Source: a virus
Reading direction: 5' to 3' (one strand)
IMG/VR virus record: IMGVR_UViG_3300048848_000129
Coordinates: 4,996-68,995 of that record
DNA length: 64,000 bases
A program made the translations under genes and the position numbers. The notes beneath the pieces are model-generated. The model was not told where the DNA came from. It ran no database searches and saw nothing but the letters and a program-made list of their open reading frames with translations. Shown in pieces: positions 1-9,195 of this stretch; positions within the stretch are counted from its first letter, which is position 1, and each line of letters begins with the position of its first letter.

Positions 1-684
1 CTTAGCGATAACGTTTGTATCTCCGGGGATGCTAGACAAGGCATATATCAAAGAGACGGCCTGTCGGCCATTGAAGAACTGGGGCTAACCCCGCATGAGT
101 TGAGGCGTCATTTCAGAATAGGACACAGAATCGCTCGTGCGGCCGATCGACTTATTCCTCCGCCCGAGGCGAACGACAGTTTAGAGGCCACATCCAACTA
201 CAATCCCAAGGTGCAGGGGGAGTCCAGCGCGGTAATGCATTCTTTGGCCTCAAGAGAAGAGCAGTTTTTCCGCATGGTCGAACTTATCCGAATACAGCTC
301 GACGCCTTCAGGGATGATAATATTGGCGTGTTTTGCGGCATTAGGGATTCGGTGGCGGAACTGCGTAGCCGATTTGATGGCACGGATCTTGGAGACCTCA
401 CAGCTGTTCATGGCGTGGACGGCGATGCGTCATTCTCGTCCCAAAAACGTATCCATGTAATGACGATTCATGCTGCAAAGGGAACCGAGTTCCGTGCCGT
501 CCATATTTTTGGCGCTGAAGATTTGGCAGATTTCCCAATGAACCGCCGCCGCCTGGGATATACCGCAATAACGAGAGCCAAGACGGCTCTAAACGTATTT
601 CGGACCGGTACAACGAATAGTCCGTTGGAGAACGCATTTGCTGAACCGAGCCATATTGAAATCGACGACCTCTTCGACAAATGA
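1..684 (+). CDS. SF1 (UvrD/Rep-like) helicase, C-terminal part; 5' end outside the window
   Basis: Frame is open from base 1. Motifs GDARQGIY (III), MTIHAAKGTEF (V) and LGYTAITRAK (VI) are present. Confidence 0.85.
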   Translation, partial: LSDNVCISGDARQGIYQRDGLSAIEELGLTPHELRRHFRIGHRIARAADRLIPPPEANDSLEATSNYNPKVQGESSAVMHSLASREEQFFRMVELIRIQLDAFRDDNIGVFCGIRDSVAELRSRFDGTDLGDLTAVHGVDGDASFSSQKRIHVMTIHAAKGTEFRAVHIFGAEDLADFPMNRRRLGYTAITRAKTALNVFRTGTTNSPLENAFAEPSHIEIDDLFDK

Positions 685-2096
685 ACAAAGCAAACATCCG
701 CTGGAACACTGTGGGCAGGGAAGACCTGCTCGATGTGCTGCTGGGCGAGCACCGTCCTCAGGGACTCAGCGCGTCTAGTTTTCCGTTGCTCGAGTCGAAG
801 GAAGGGCAGCTTGCGCTCGGCTATCCTGAAGCTGCAGCGTTCGAATCGTACTCCCCACCGTCGCTTGTAGTGATAAACGACGATGTAGTGGCGGACACGC
901 TATCTTGGTTGCGAGTGTATGCAGGTGAGGCGTCGCCGATCAGCCAATTTGCCAGGGTTGTGCTAGCAAGTGACTGGCAGACGTTTGGCGAGGGAACCGG
1001 AAGCCTCCGGTTGGAGGATGGCCGTTCTGATCGTTGGGCGTGTGTGACAGTCGGAGAGGCAATGGCTCAAACCGACGGTGACGCCGACTTTCACAATATG
1101 CCGCTTTCGCGGCTAACCAGTTGTCTCTCGATGCCCGTTGGCCGATCCTCTTTGCTCTTCGGTCAGGGAGATTCGACTCGGATTTGTGTCGATCGACTTC
1201 GCGCAGTTGCTTCTGATAGCCGGTTTGGTCGGCGAGCGGTTTCTGTCGACGAGCTTGCGCCTGTCTGGGCTATTGCTGGCTCCCATATGCCAGAGCACGT
1301 GCCAGCTGAAGACGCGGCCTTGCTGGTAATGGAGGCGGCGTCCCGCCATTTTCAAACCGCAGCCCCGAACGCTCGCTTGTTCAGTGCCAATCAGCTCAGA
1401 GGCTTTCCGGGATTGTCGAGCGACTCAGTAGAGGAGCGCGTGGTCGCCTTCAATCGCCTCTCACTGGAAATCCTCCAAGAAAACTCGTCGCAAGTCGATG
1501 GCGTGGTTGGTCCCGTTTTGGCCGCAGCAGCGTTCCTCGTTGGAAGAAGCACGTCCCACGCCTTTCTACTTAAACGCGTCGCCCGTGTTTCGCCAGTCGC
1601 TTCCGTTTGGTTTGGTGCAATGGCAGCGCTTGCCGGTCCGCGTGCATGGGATGCGACTTGGCTGCGTGCCGTGAAAGGCGCTGAGCGTCTACTGCGAGCA
1701 GAATTCAGCTGGCTGAATGCACCTAGTGCCGACATTTGTTGGGCAGAGTTCGCTTGGCTTGCAGGAAAGTTTGGCGACCTCGATCAGCTGATTAGTCTTC
1801 CGAAGATGCTGCCAAGGACTCTTAGTATTGAGGTAGTGCCTGGCACCATACTACAGGTTCGTTTTGGCGCTGGAACGGTCGAGCCTGATACTCGCACTAC
1901 AAATAGCGCGACGATTCGTGAACGGGCCCTGCAGGACGCATTGGCTCAGTTCGTTTCGCTTGCGCAGCGCGTCAAAGGCCTTGTCGACAAAGGGCCAGTC
2001 GCTGCTAGCGGCCAGCAATCGCTGAACTTGGGGAGCGAATCGAGCACCTACTTTAAAGCCCGCCCGAAAAAGAGGCGCGATGTCGGTGATACTTAG
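681..2096 (+). CDS. Hypothetical 471-aa protein, translationally coupled to the helicase; possible defence component
   Basis: ATGA overlap with the helicase stop; long ORF with lower GC than the phage genes; no motif recognised. Confidence 0.75.
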   Translation: MNKANIRWNTVGREDLLDVLLGEHRPQGLSASSFPLLESKEGQLALGYPEAAAFESYSPPSLVVINDDVVADTLSWLRVYAGEASPISQFARVVLASDWQTFGEGTGSLRLEDGRSDRWACVTVGEAMAQTDGDADFHNMPLSRLTSCLSMPVGRSSLLFGQGDSTRICVDRLRAVASDSRFGRRAVSVDELAPVWAIAGSHMPEHVPAEDAALLVMEAASRHFQTAAPNARLFSANQLRGFPGLSSDSVEERVVAFNRLSLEILQENSSQVDGVVGPVLAAAAFLVGRSTSHAFLLKRVARVSPVASVWFGAMAALAGPRAWDATWLRAVKGAERLLRAEFSWLNAPSADICWAEFAWLAGKFGDLDQLISLPKMLPRTLSIEVVPGTILQVRFGAGTVEPDTRTTNSATIRERALQDALAQFVSLAQRVKGLVDKGPVAASGQQSLNLGSESSTYFKARPKKRRDVGDT

Positions 2097-2325
2097 CAGA
2101 CCCGCATGAGGCAACTGCATCGTCCAGATCGTGAGTCACTCTCACCCACGGATAAGGTGAACGTCCAACTTTTAGCTTGCCAGATATTTCTGATGGGACG
2201 CTGATCGCCATTACTCGATTCGGGTGATCTAGTTTTTGCGGACCGACGTCCTGACCGTGAACATTGCGCCCATGTCATCGACTGAAGCGAGGCGAATTTC
2301 TACAAACTGCGTCGTCGCGACTTGG

Positions 2326-2892
2326 TCAGCGCGTCGCCGGTACGTTGGACGTTGGCTTGCCGAGGTGGCACGCCGCAGCGTAGGCCTGCAGATAACGCAG
2401 GTGCGCCATGTCGACATCGAAGTTCACTCGGAAATCAAGAGCACGCTGTCTAGCAGCGCCGGTGAGTTCGGCGGCCGCAGGCTCGCTGGCGACGGCGGCG
2501 GGAACTGCGGGCACGTTTCCACCACCTGGATGGGTGGCTGGGGCAGCGGCTGGACAGGCGCCAGGGACGAACACCCGGACAGCAGGATTGCCGCGGCGGC
2601 GGCGGTCAGCAGCGATCGCATCGTCGATCTCCTTCTGCAGGCCGGTGGCCCGCGATTCCTCGTCTTGGTTCAGAGCCTTCTGCACGCGCAGTGCGTCCTT
2701 GGCCAGCCCGCTGATGACCACGGCCTGGCGCGCCAGCGTGTCGGCATGCGCGGCCTTGGTCTGGGCGTGGGCTGCGCGCTCGTCCGCCGCTGCAGTGCGC
2801 CCGTCGGCGATCTCGCTGCGCTGCCACAGCGCCAGCGCACCCAGCGCAAGCAGCGCGCCGGCGCCGAGCTTGATCAGCATTGGCGAGATCAC
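2326..2892 (-). CDS. i-spanin (Rz-like)
   Basis: GTG start after GGAGG; N-terminal TM (MLIKLGAGALLALGALALW) then coiled coil; last gene of the lysis cassette; contains an embedded lipoprotein ORF. Confidence 0.85.
   Translation of the reverse strand: MISPMLIKLGAGALLALGALALWQRSEIADGRTAAADERAAHAQTKAAHADTLARQAVVISGLAKDALRVQKALNQDEESRATGLQKEIDDAIAADRRRRGNPAVRVFVPGACPAAAPATHPGGGNVPAVPAAVASEPAAAELTGAARQRALDFRVNFDVDMAHLRYLQAYAAACHLGKPTSNVPATR
2424..2621 (-). CDS. o-spanin (Rz1-like lipoprotein), embedded in Rz
   Basis: Lipobox LLSGC and a Pro-rich mature part, in an alternate frame of Rz. Confidence 0.88.
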   Translation of the reverse strand: MRSLLTAAAAAILLSGCSSLAPVQPLPQPPIQVVETCPQFPPPSPASLRPPNSPALLDSVLLISE

Positions 2893-3032
2893 TTCCGCCT
2901 CCAGATCTCGTACGGGCAGTTCGCTGCGATGTGCCCCGTCCCGCCGCAGGCCGTGCACCCGCCAACGGGCGTCGCCAGCGCCAGCGCGCTGCGCCACCAG
3001 AACGCCCACATTGCCCAGGCGATCGCGTTCAC
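2889..3032 (-). CDS. Small CCHC zinc-knuckle protein (47 aa; not in the ORF track)
   Basis: MNAIAWAMWAFWWRSALALATPVGGCTACGGTGHIAANCPYEIWRRK contains C-x2-C-x4-H-x4-C; GTGA overlaps with both neighbours. Confidence 0.65.
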   Translation of the reverse strand: MNAIAWAMWAFWWRSALALATPVGGCTACGGTGHIAANCPYEIWRRK

Positions 3033-3562
3033 GGGCGGCCCCAATCGCTGAGCGGTGGCGCACCGCCGCCGAGGGCCTGGCGCATCACGAGCGCCGAGCG
3101 CTCCCCCTCGTCAGGCCACGGCCCGGCCACCTGGCGCGCGGCGTAGTGGTCCTGCAGGCGCGCCAGCACGCCGCTGGGGCTGTACGGCGCCGGCCGGCTC
3201 CAGCCCAGGGCCGCCCCGATGGCCTCGGTGCAGGTCCAGCGCCGCTTGTCCTCGCCGATGACGCCCCACCAGAACCGCGCCATGGCTGCGTAGTCGTAGC
3301 CCTCGCCGTCGTGATCAGAGAACCAGCGGTGCGCCCGCGCGCCCATCTGCCGCGGCAGCTCGAAGAAGTCCCATGCGTCGGCGCTGCTGTACTGGATGGC
3401 CTTGATGCGGACGCCCTCGCCCATCACGCTGCTGCCGCTCATGCCGTTTGGCAGGATGAGTTCCGCATGGCTGTAGGGGCCGTGGTCCAGGCGCTTGCCG
3501 ATCGCGTGCGTCAACGGGCCCCACAGGGTCGGCCGCGCGGTCTTCTTGAGGGCCAGCCTCAC
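3029..3562 (-). CDS. Permuted papain-like (NlpC/P60-related) protein
   Basis: His-before-Cys order: YSHAEL ... GYDY ... WTCTE; GTG overlaps the endolysin stop. Confidence 0.65.
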   Translation of the reverse strand: MRLALKKTARPTLWGPLTHAIGKRLDHGPYSHAELILPNGMSGSSVMGEGVRIKAIQYSSADAWDFFELPRQMGARAHRWFSDHDGEGYDYAAMARFWWGVIGEDKRRWTCTEAIGAALGWSRPAPYSPSGVLARLQDHYAARQVAGPWPDEGERSALVMRQALGGGAPPLSDWGRP

Positions 3563-4131
3563 ACCGCGCCCGCGCAAAGCGCGGCCTCCTCGGCACGCCG
3601 GTTGGCCAACCCCTGTACGAAGCGCATCTCGGGTTTGCCGCTGGGCAGCAGCCGGCCGGTGCGCACGTAGCTCCAGACCATCGTGCCGTCGTCGCCGCGC
3701 GCAATGCGCTGGCAGCCGCGCACCCACTCGCCAGCGTTCCAGGCCTTCATGGCGCCGCTTGCGCAGGTGTTCGGCGCACCGTTGTTCCAGGCGTGCGATC
3801 CGGCCATGTCCCAGACCATCTGGTTCGGCGGCCGCTTGAAGCACGGTGCCAGCTGCTGTTGCACGCGGATGACGGCCGCGGTCTCTTCGCTTTCGCACTG
3901 CTCATCGGTCCAGCGCTGGCCCACGATGATGGGCGTGCTGGTGACGTGCCGTGTCAGGCCGTTGCACACCGTAGGCAGCCCGCCCGCCAGCTTGTCCGCG
4001 TAGACGACCAGCACGCGCGAAGCGCCGCTCTCCCACTTGCCCAGGAACGCCATCAAGAACGGGCTGCCGGCCACCAGGGTGGCCCCTGCCACCGCGATGG
4101 TGGCGGCTGCGCGGCGCTGGCCGGGCTTCAC
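3559..4131 (-). CDS. SAR endolysin, GH24 (T4-type) lysozyme
   Basis: Ala/Gly-rich N-terminal anchor; WES..vYaD..GGLPTVCNGLT catalytic region; C-terminal GLANRRAEE. Confidence 0.9.
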   Translation of the reverse strand: MKPGQRRAAATIAVAGATLVAGSPFLMAFLGKWESGASRVLVVYADKLAGGLPTVCNGLTRHVTSTPIIVGQRWTDEQCESEETAAVIRVQQQLAPCFKRPPNQMVWDMAGSHAWNNGAPNTCASGAMKAWNAGEWVRGCQRIARGDDGTMVWSYVRTGRLLPSGKPEMRFVQGLANRRAEEAALCAGAV

Positions 4132-4337
4132 GGCAGGCTCCTGGGCTGCGCGACGATGCGCGCGGCGGCCGCGGCCAGCGACACCAGCACCGCCGCCCCG
4201 GCAAACCAGCCGCTGGGCTGCGTCGGCGCCACGAACGGCAGCGCGAACTCCACCGCAGACAGGCTGGCCGAAAGAATCGCCAGGCGCACGCTCCACGCAC
4301 GCTTGATCAGGCGGGGCCAGTTGTCGAGGAGCTTCAC
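4128..4337 (-). CDS. Putative holin
   Basis: 69 aa with two hydrophobic segments, directly upstream of the endolysin. Confidence 0.7.
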   Translation of the reverse strand: MKLLDNWPRLIKRAWSVRLAILSASLSAVEFALPFVAPTQPSGWFAGAAVLVSLAAAAARIVAQPRSLP

Positions 4338-4717
4338 GCCTTGCCCCCGACGACCAGAGCGAGCAGCGCAACAATGACCGCGGCGAGCACCAGCCAGTTC
4401 AGCTTGCGGATGTCGTGCCTGGTTTCCTTGAGCGGCGGCATCTCGCGCTCCAGCTCTCCGAGGCGGCTGTCCGCGCGCTTGGGCATGCCCTTCTCCAACT
4501 CGGTCAGCCGCTCGCGCATCTCCTCCATTGCCCGCGATCCCTCGGCCAGCCGCAGGTTGATGGCCTGCTGCCGCTCCTCCATGCGGACCATCATCTGCAT
4601 GCTGGTTGCGATCTCCCGCAGCTGCTGGCCGGTACTGCGCGCCGATTCGTCGAATTTCTGATCGATTCGGTGCACCAGCTGCTCGAGGTTGGAGATGCGC
4701 CCCGTCACGTTTTCCAT
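4334..4717 (-). CDS. Lysis-cassette membrane protein (coiled coil plus C-terminal TM)
   Basis: GAGG RBS before MENVTG; C-terminal WLVLAAVIVALLALVV. Confidence 0.7.
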   Translation of the reverse strand: MENVTGRISNLEQLVHRIDQKFDESARSTGQQLREIATSMQMMVRMEERQQAINLRLAEGSRAMEEMRERLTELEKGMPKRADSRLGELEREMPPLKETRHDIRKLNWLVLAAVIVALLALVVGGKA

Positions 4718-4737
4718 CGTCTGTACCTCGCAGGCGG

Positions 4738-4821
4738 TCACGGCACGGGCACCGCGCAGCGCGACAGGATCAACAGCACCGTGGTGGCTGCGAAGATGAG
4801 GGCGGGTCGGGTGAGCAACAT
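4738..4821 (-). CDS. Possible 27-aa hydrophobic peptide at the head of the lysis operon
   Basis: MLLTRPALIFAATTVLLILSRCAVPVP; ATG lies 6 nt after a predicted late -10. Confidence 0.35.
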   Translation of the reverse strand: MLLTRPALIFAATTVLLILSRCAVPVP

Positions 4822-4827
4822 GGACCC

Positions 4828-4868
4828 AGTCTCAGCGCCTGCCCAGCGCTGGCCAAACACTACGGGGG
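4828..4868 (-). promoter_or_regulatory. Degenerate late-promoter motif upstream of lysis genes
   Basis: GTAGTGTT-N22-GAGACT, same spacing as the five consensus copies. Confidence 0.5.
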
Positions 4869-7052
4869 GACGGCGCGTGCAGTTGCTTCCCCGGCGGCGC
4901 TCACGGCGGCGCTGCTGGGGCTGAAGGACACGTGGCTGGCTTCGCCCTGTCGCGTCACGTGCGAAACGCTGTCCAGCAGCACCACGTGGCAGATGCCTCC
5001 GCCCCATGCAAGGTGGCTCACTGCCGCCTGCAGCGTCACGTGCGAGATGTCCGTGGTGACGTCGCGCGGCGGCACCGTGCTCAAGTCGCGGCCGCGTGCT
5101 TTGAGCACTGCATCGGCCAGGGCAATCGTCAGGGCCGCCTGGATCGGCAGTGCGGCCTGGATGTCGCCGGTCGCATCCTGCAGCGGCAGCACCACCACGC
5201 CGGTCAGCGGCAGCGCGCCGGTGGCCGACAGCACGGCATTGGCCAGGGTCTTGATGACCACGCCGCCAGGCAGCGCCGCGACCGTGGCCGTGCCGGCCAG
5301 CGTGGCGGGCTCGAGCAACGCGGACAGCGCGCCGTACTCCCAGCGCTGCTTATCCGTCGTCGCTTCGAGCGTGGCCGGCGCGAGCGTGGCCGCGACGGTT
5401 GCGTTGCGCGGGCTGGTGCCAGCGGCCACCACCGCGGCGTTGGCCAGCACCTGCGCCACCACGCCGCCTGGGCCAGCCATGAGCGTGGCGCTGGCCAGCA
5501 GCGCGGCGTCGTCGAGCGTGATCGCGCCGTCGGCGCGGCGCGGGCTGGTGCCGGTAGCCGTCGAGACCAGGGCGTCCAGCAGCACCCCGGCCGCAGCGCG
5601 GATGCGCAGCTGGCCCGCGCCCGTGGCGTCCTCGAGCTGGGCCACCAGTGCACCGGTCGGTCCATCCGCCACCGTGGCCTGGGCGGCCAGGGTGGCCTGG
5701 GCCAGGACCGTAGCGAGCTGGCCCGTCCCGGCAGGTTGCTGTAGCTCACCAGCGGCCACCAGGGTAGCGGGAGCCAGCTGGGCCAGGACCTCGCCCGTCG
5801 GAACCGGCGTCGACGCGCCTGCGGCCGCCAGGGTGGCAGTCTCCAGGGCTACAGACAGGGTCCCACGGGCGCCATCCGTCAACAGCGCGGCCGCGAGCAG
5901 CACGGCAGGCGCCAGCTGGGCCGCCACCATACCCTCCGGGATCGCCGCCAGGGTGCCGGCAGAGGCGAGCTGGGCCGGATCCAGCGTGGCCGCCAGGATG
6001 CCCTCGGGCACGGCCGCCAGATCACCGGTCGCGACCACCACGGCGTCGGCCAGGGTGGCGTCGACCATGCCGCGCGGGCCATCCGTCACCGAGCCGGTCG
6101 ATTCCAGGGTGGCGTGCGACAGGATGCTGGTGAGCACGCCGCTGATGGGCTCGGGGATCAGCAGCGCGATCGAGACCAGGTCCGCGTCGGCCAAGGCCTG
6201 GGCCACCTCGGCGCGCAACGCCAGGACAGCGGCCGACGTGCCCTCGGCGTTGGCCAGGGACACGGCCAGCTCGCCCGTGGGCACGCCGGCCGTCACGCCG
6301 GTGGCCGTCAGGGTCGAGGCGTCGAGCGTGGAGCCGAGCTGGGCCGCCAGCGGCAGCGCGGCCTGGGCGGCCAGCATGGCCGGCGCGAGCTGGGCGGCGG
6401 CCGCGCCAAAGGATGGCAGCGTGCCGGCACCGGCGAGCGTGGCGTCGTCGAGCGTGACGGCCAGCGTGCCGATGGGCACAGCGGTCGCAGCGCCAGCAGC
6501 GGAGAGCGTGGCGTCGACGAGCACCCGCGCGAGCGCGGCCTGCACGGGCAGCACGCCGGCGATGGCCGCGACCACGGGCTGCAGGGTAGCGGTCAGCGTG
6601 CCGCGCGGGCCCAGCGCGCCGGCGCCGTTGGCCATCGCATCGTCGAGCGTGCGCGCCAGGGTGCCAGCGATGCTCAAGGTGCCGCTGCCGGCCACGATGG
6701 CGTTGGACAGCGTGCGCGTGGTCGTACCGGCCAGGGCGACAGTGCCAGCGGCCGCTGCGGTCACGTTGGCCAGGGTGGCTGCGAGCGTCGCGTTGATGCC
6801 AACTGCACCGCCCGCGCTTGTGCCGGTGGCCACCAAGGTGGCATTGGCCAGCGTCCTGTTCGCGGTGCCCCAGTTCGGCGCGTCGAGCGTGAAACTCGCG
6901 GTCGCATCAGGGAACGTCGCGTTCAGCGTGCCGGTGGGGCCTTCTGGCGGCTCAACATCCGCCGTGCCCGCTACCTGATTGCCGCCAGGGATGCGCCCGG
7001 TCCCGGATCCTACGAGAACCCTGTTGCCACCGGGGATGCGGGCGAACGTCAC
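4860..7052 (-). CDS. Repetitive Ala/Thr/Leu-rich fibre/stalk protein (730 aa)
   Basis: Many ~20-aa G-x-L-A-x-T-L-x-x-A-T-L repeats; located in the tail-fibre region. Confidence 0.7.
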   Translation of the reverse strand: MTFARIPGGNRVLVGSGTGRIPGGNQVAGTADVEPPEGPTGTLNATFPDATASFTLDAPNWGTANRTLANATLVATGTSAGGAVGINATLAATLANVTAAAAGTVALAGTTTRTLSNAIVAGSGTLSIAGTLARTLDDAMANGAGALGPRGTLTATLQPVVAAIAGVLPVQAALARVLVDATLSAAGAATAVPIGTLAVTLDDATLAGAGTLPSFGAAAAQLAPAMLAAQAALPLAAQLGSTLDASTLTATGVTAGVPTGELAVSLANAEGTSAAVLALRAEVAQALADADLVSIALLIPEPISGVLTSILSHATLESTGSVTDGPRGMVDATLADAVVVATGDLAAVPEGILAATLDPAQLASAGTLAAIPEGMVAAQLAPAVLLAAALLTDGARGTLSVALETATLAAAGASTPVPTGEVLAQLAPATLVAAGELQQPAGTGQLATVLAQATLAAQATVADGPTGALVAQLEDATGAGQLRIRAAAGVLLDALVSTATGTSPRRADGAITLDDAALLASATLMAGPGGVVAQVLANAAVVAAGTSPRNATVAATLAPATLEATTDKQRWEYGALSALLEPATLAGTATVAALPGGVVIKTLANAVLSATGALPLTGVVVLPLQDATGDIQAALPIQAALTIALADAVLKARGRDLSTVPPRDVTTDISHVTLQAAVSHLAWGGGICHVVLLDSVSHVTRQGEASHVSFSPSSAAVSAAGEATARAVPP

Positions 7053-8371
7053 AGCAGTACCGGCACGTCAACGGCGAAATTGCGCGCGACGAAGACCAAC
7101 ACCTCCACCTTGATGAATCCGGCCGAGCCCACGGTGATGGGCACGTCGATCTTGCGTGGCTTCGGCGAGGCGAGCGTGGTGGTCCAGCCCGAGCTGGTGC
7201 CGTACTTCGTGGTCAGCTCCTGCGCCGTGAACAGCGTGGACCAGAAGCCGTCCTCGCCCGGCATGCTCGTCACGGTGCCGCCCTCGTAGCTCACGCGGAT
7301 GGCGATCTCTGCGTCCGTGGGCTCGGCGCCGTCTGCCAGCACCGGCACGGAGACCGTGATCGACGAGCCGACCGTCTCGTTCCAGATGGGCTCCAGCTCG
7401 TAGACGAACGGGCAGGCCGGGTAGCTGCACATGTTCGTGCGGCCGTTGAGGAGCGCTGCGCGGTCGCGCCCGCCAGTGCGGTAGTGCGCCGTGGACAGCA
7501 CGCCCTTGCCGAACGAGTCCTCCTCGATGTCGAAGCGCGTGCCCAGGTCGTCGTAGCAGTCGTGCAGCTCGACGCGCGCCGTGCGCACCGTAGGCGCGGC
7601 GCTGAAGCAGCCGCCAGTCCAGCCCGAGGGCATCTTCATGCGCGCCAGCACGAGCTTGCCGGTGCCCGACGTCATCACGAGGATGTTGCCGGTCTGTGAG
7701 AGGCGCGAGATGTCGCCGCCCATGATCATGGCGTCCAGGCCACGCTGCACAGTCATGGAGAACAGCGTGACAAGGCGCGAGCCCAACGTGTTCATCAGCC
7801 TGTCGATGCGGAGCCTGCTCTGACCCAAGACGATCTGCTGCGCCGTGTTGCCGAAGATGACGGTCAGGTCCTTGATCATGATGCTGCCCGGCGCGCCCGA
7901 GGTCGTCGTGCCCAGGCTCAGGCGGATGCCCGTGCCAGCTCCAGTGAACGTGATCAGCAGGCCGTTGATGGCAATGTCGTTGCTGACCGGTGTCCCGATG
8001 TTGATGTTCGCGCTCGCGCCCGAGGTGGACAGTGCGAGGCCAACGCCACCGGCAATGAAGACGTTGCCGGTGATGGCAATGGCGGACGATGCCCCGGTCG
8101 TCGTGATGGATGCGCCGTAGAAGTCCTGCACGGGCGGGTCCGAGGCCGTGATGACGCCGGTCTCGATGCGCACGGTCGCGCCGCCCGTGGTGGTCGGGCA
8201 AGTCAGCGTGACGGCCGTTGCGGCGCTTTGAACGTAGTCCTGATCGACGACCACGGTATCGGCCGTCGTGGCGATGGCCAGCGCACCGGCGATGGTCGCC
8301 TTAGCCAGCGCCCAGGATGCGCCGGTGTTCGAGTCGTTGGCCGATGCGCCGCCGACGTAGATGTTTGCCAT
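7049..8371 (-). CDS. Putative tailspike / beta-helix receptor-binding protein (440 aa)
   Basis: N-terminus IYVGGASANDSNTGASWALAKATI..A is typical of pectin-lyase-like beta-helix starts; rich in I/T/G. Confidence 0.6.
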   Translation of the reverse strand: MANIYVGGASANDSNTGASWALAKATIAGALAIATTADTVVVDQDYVQSAATAVTLTCPTTTGGATVRIETGVITASDPPVQDFYGASITTTGASSAIAITGNVFIAGGVGLALSTSGASANINIGTPVSNDIAINGLLITFTGAGTGIRLSLGTTTSGAPGSIMIKDLTVIFGNTAQQIVLGQSRLRIDRLMNTLGSRLVTLFSMTVQRGLDAMIMGGDISRLSQTGNILVMTSGTGKLVLARMKMPSGWTGGCFSAAPTVRTARVELHDCYDDLGTRFDIEEDSFGKGVLSTAHYRTGGRDRAALLNGRTNMCSYPACPFVYELEPIWNETVGSSITVSVPVLADGAEPTDAEIAIRVSYEGGTVTSMPGEDGFWSTLFTAQELTTKYGTSSGWTTTLASPKPRKIDVPITVGSAGFIKVEVLVFVARNFAVDVPVLL

Positions 8372-8377
8372 GCGGCC

Positions 8378-8776
8378 TCACAGCGTGTTGTCGTTGATGG
8401 TGATCGCCAGCACCGAAAGCTCTTGGTCCGGCATCACGTCCACGTTGCTCATGGTCATGTCGCCGCCGCCGCCGGGCAGTGAGACTGTGCCCTGTATGTG
8501 GCACACGTCGGAGCCGCTGTAGACCCGGAAGTGGCCGATGACGCCGGGCACCATGGAGAAGTTGGAGATGAAGATGTCCGGCCGCTTCACCTTCGTGCCG
8601 CCGCTTGCGTCCTCAAGCCAGTTGGTGACGCCGAACATCTCCGAGACCAGGGTGCCCGTCGACGCCGCTGCGCAGTTCGCCGGAGGCGAGCCCGTAAAGA
8701 GCCGGATCGTCGGGCCACCAATGATGGCCTCGATCTGGTCCAGCCGTGCGTTGGCAGCGGCAACGCTCAGCTGCAT
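8378..8776 (-). CDS. Virion structural protein, paralog family A (copy 4)
   Basis: MQLSVAAANARLD..IRLFTGSPPANCAAASTGTL..HFRVY..QGTVSLPGGGGDMT; clearly similar to the adjacent gene. Confidence 0.8.
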   Translation of the reverse strand: MQLSVAAANARLDQIEAIIGGPTIRLFTGSPPANCAAASTGTLVSEMFGVTNWLEDASGGTKVKRPDIFISNFSMVPGVIGHFRVYSGSDVCHIQGTVSLPGGGGDMTMSNVDVMPDQELSVLAITINDNTL

Positions 8777-8778
8777 GG

Positions 8779-9186
8779 TCAGGCGTTGCCGTCCGTCAGC
8801 GTGAAGCCGGTCACGGTGAAGGCCTGGCCAGCCGCGAAGCTCGTGTTGTCCACGGTCATGTCGCCGCCGCCGCCCGTCAGCGTCACGGTGCCCTGCAGGT
8901 CGCAGGTGGTGCCGTCGCTGCGGTACAGGCGGAAGTGGGCAGCGGTTCCGGCCGCGTCGGCCGACAGGTCTTCCCAGGTGCCGCTCTTGGCCTTGGAGCC
9001 GCCGCTGGCCGCTGCCATGTAGTCGGCCGGCAGGTTCAGCGTGGCCAGCACGGTGCCCGCATCGGCCGCCGCGCAGTTGGCCGGCACTGCGCCGCTGCGG
9101 ATCTTCAGGATGGCGCTGGCGCCCAGCGTGGTCTCGATGCTGTCGAGGCGGGCATTGCGAACTGCTGCGCTGAACTGGATGGTCAT
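8779..9186 (-). CDS. Virion structural protein, paralog family A (copy 3)
   Basis: LKIRSGAVPANCAAADAGTVLA..GTAAHFRLY..QGTVTLTGGGGDMT. Confidence 0.82.
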   Translation of the reverse strand: MTIQFSAAVRNARLDSIETTLGASAILKIRSGAVPANCAAADAGTVLATLNLPADYMAAASGGSKAKSGTWEDLSADAAGTAAHFRLYRSDGTTCDLQGTVTLTGGGGDMTVDNTSFAAGQAFTVTGFTLTDGNA

Positions 9187-9195
9187 GGTGCTCTC

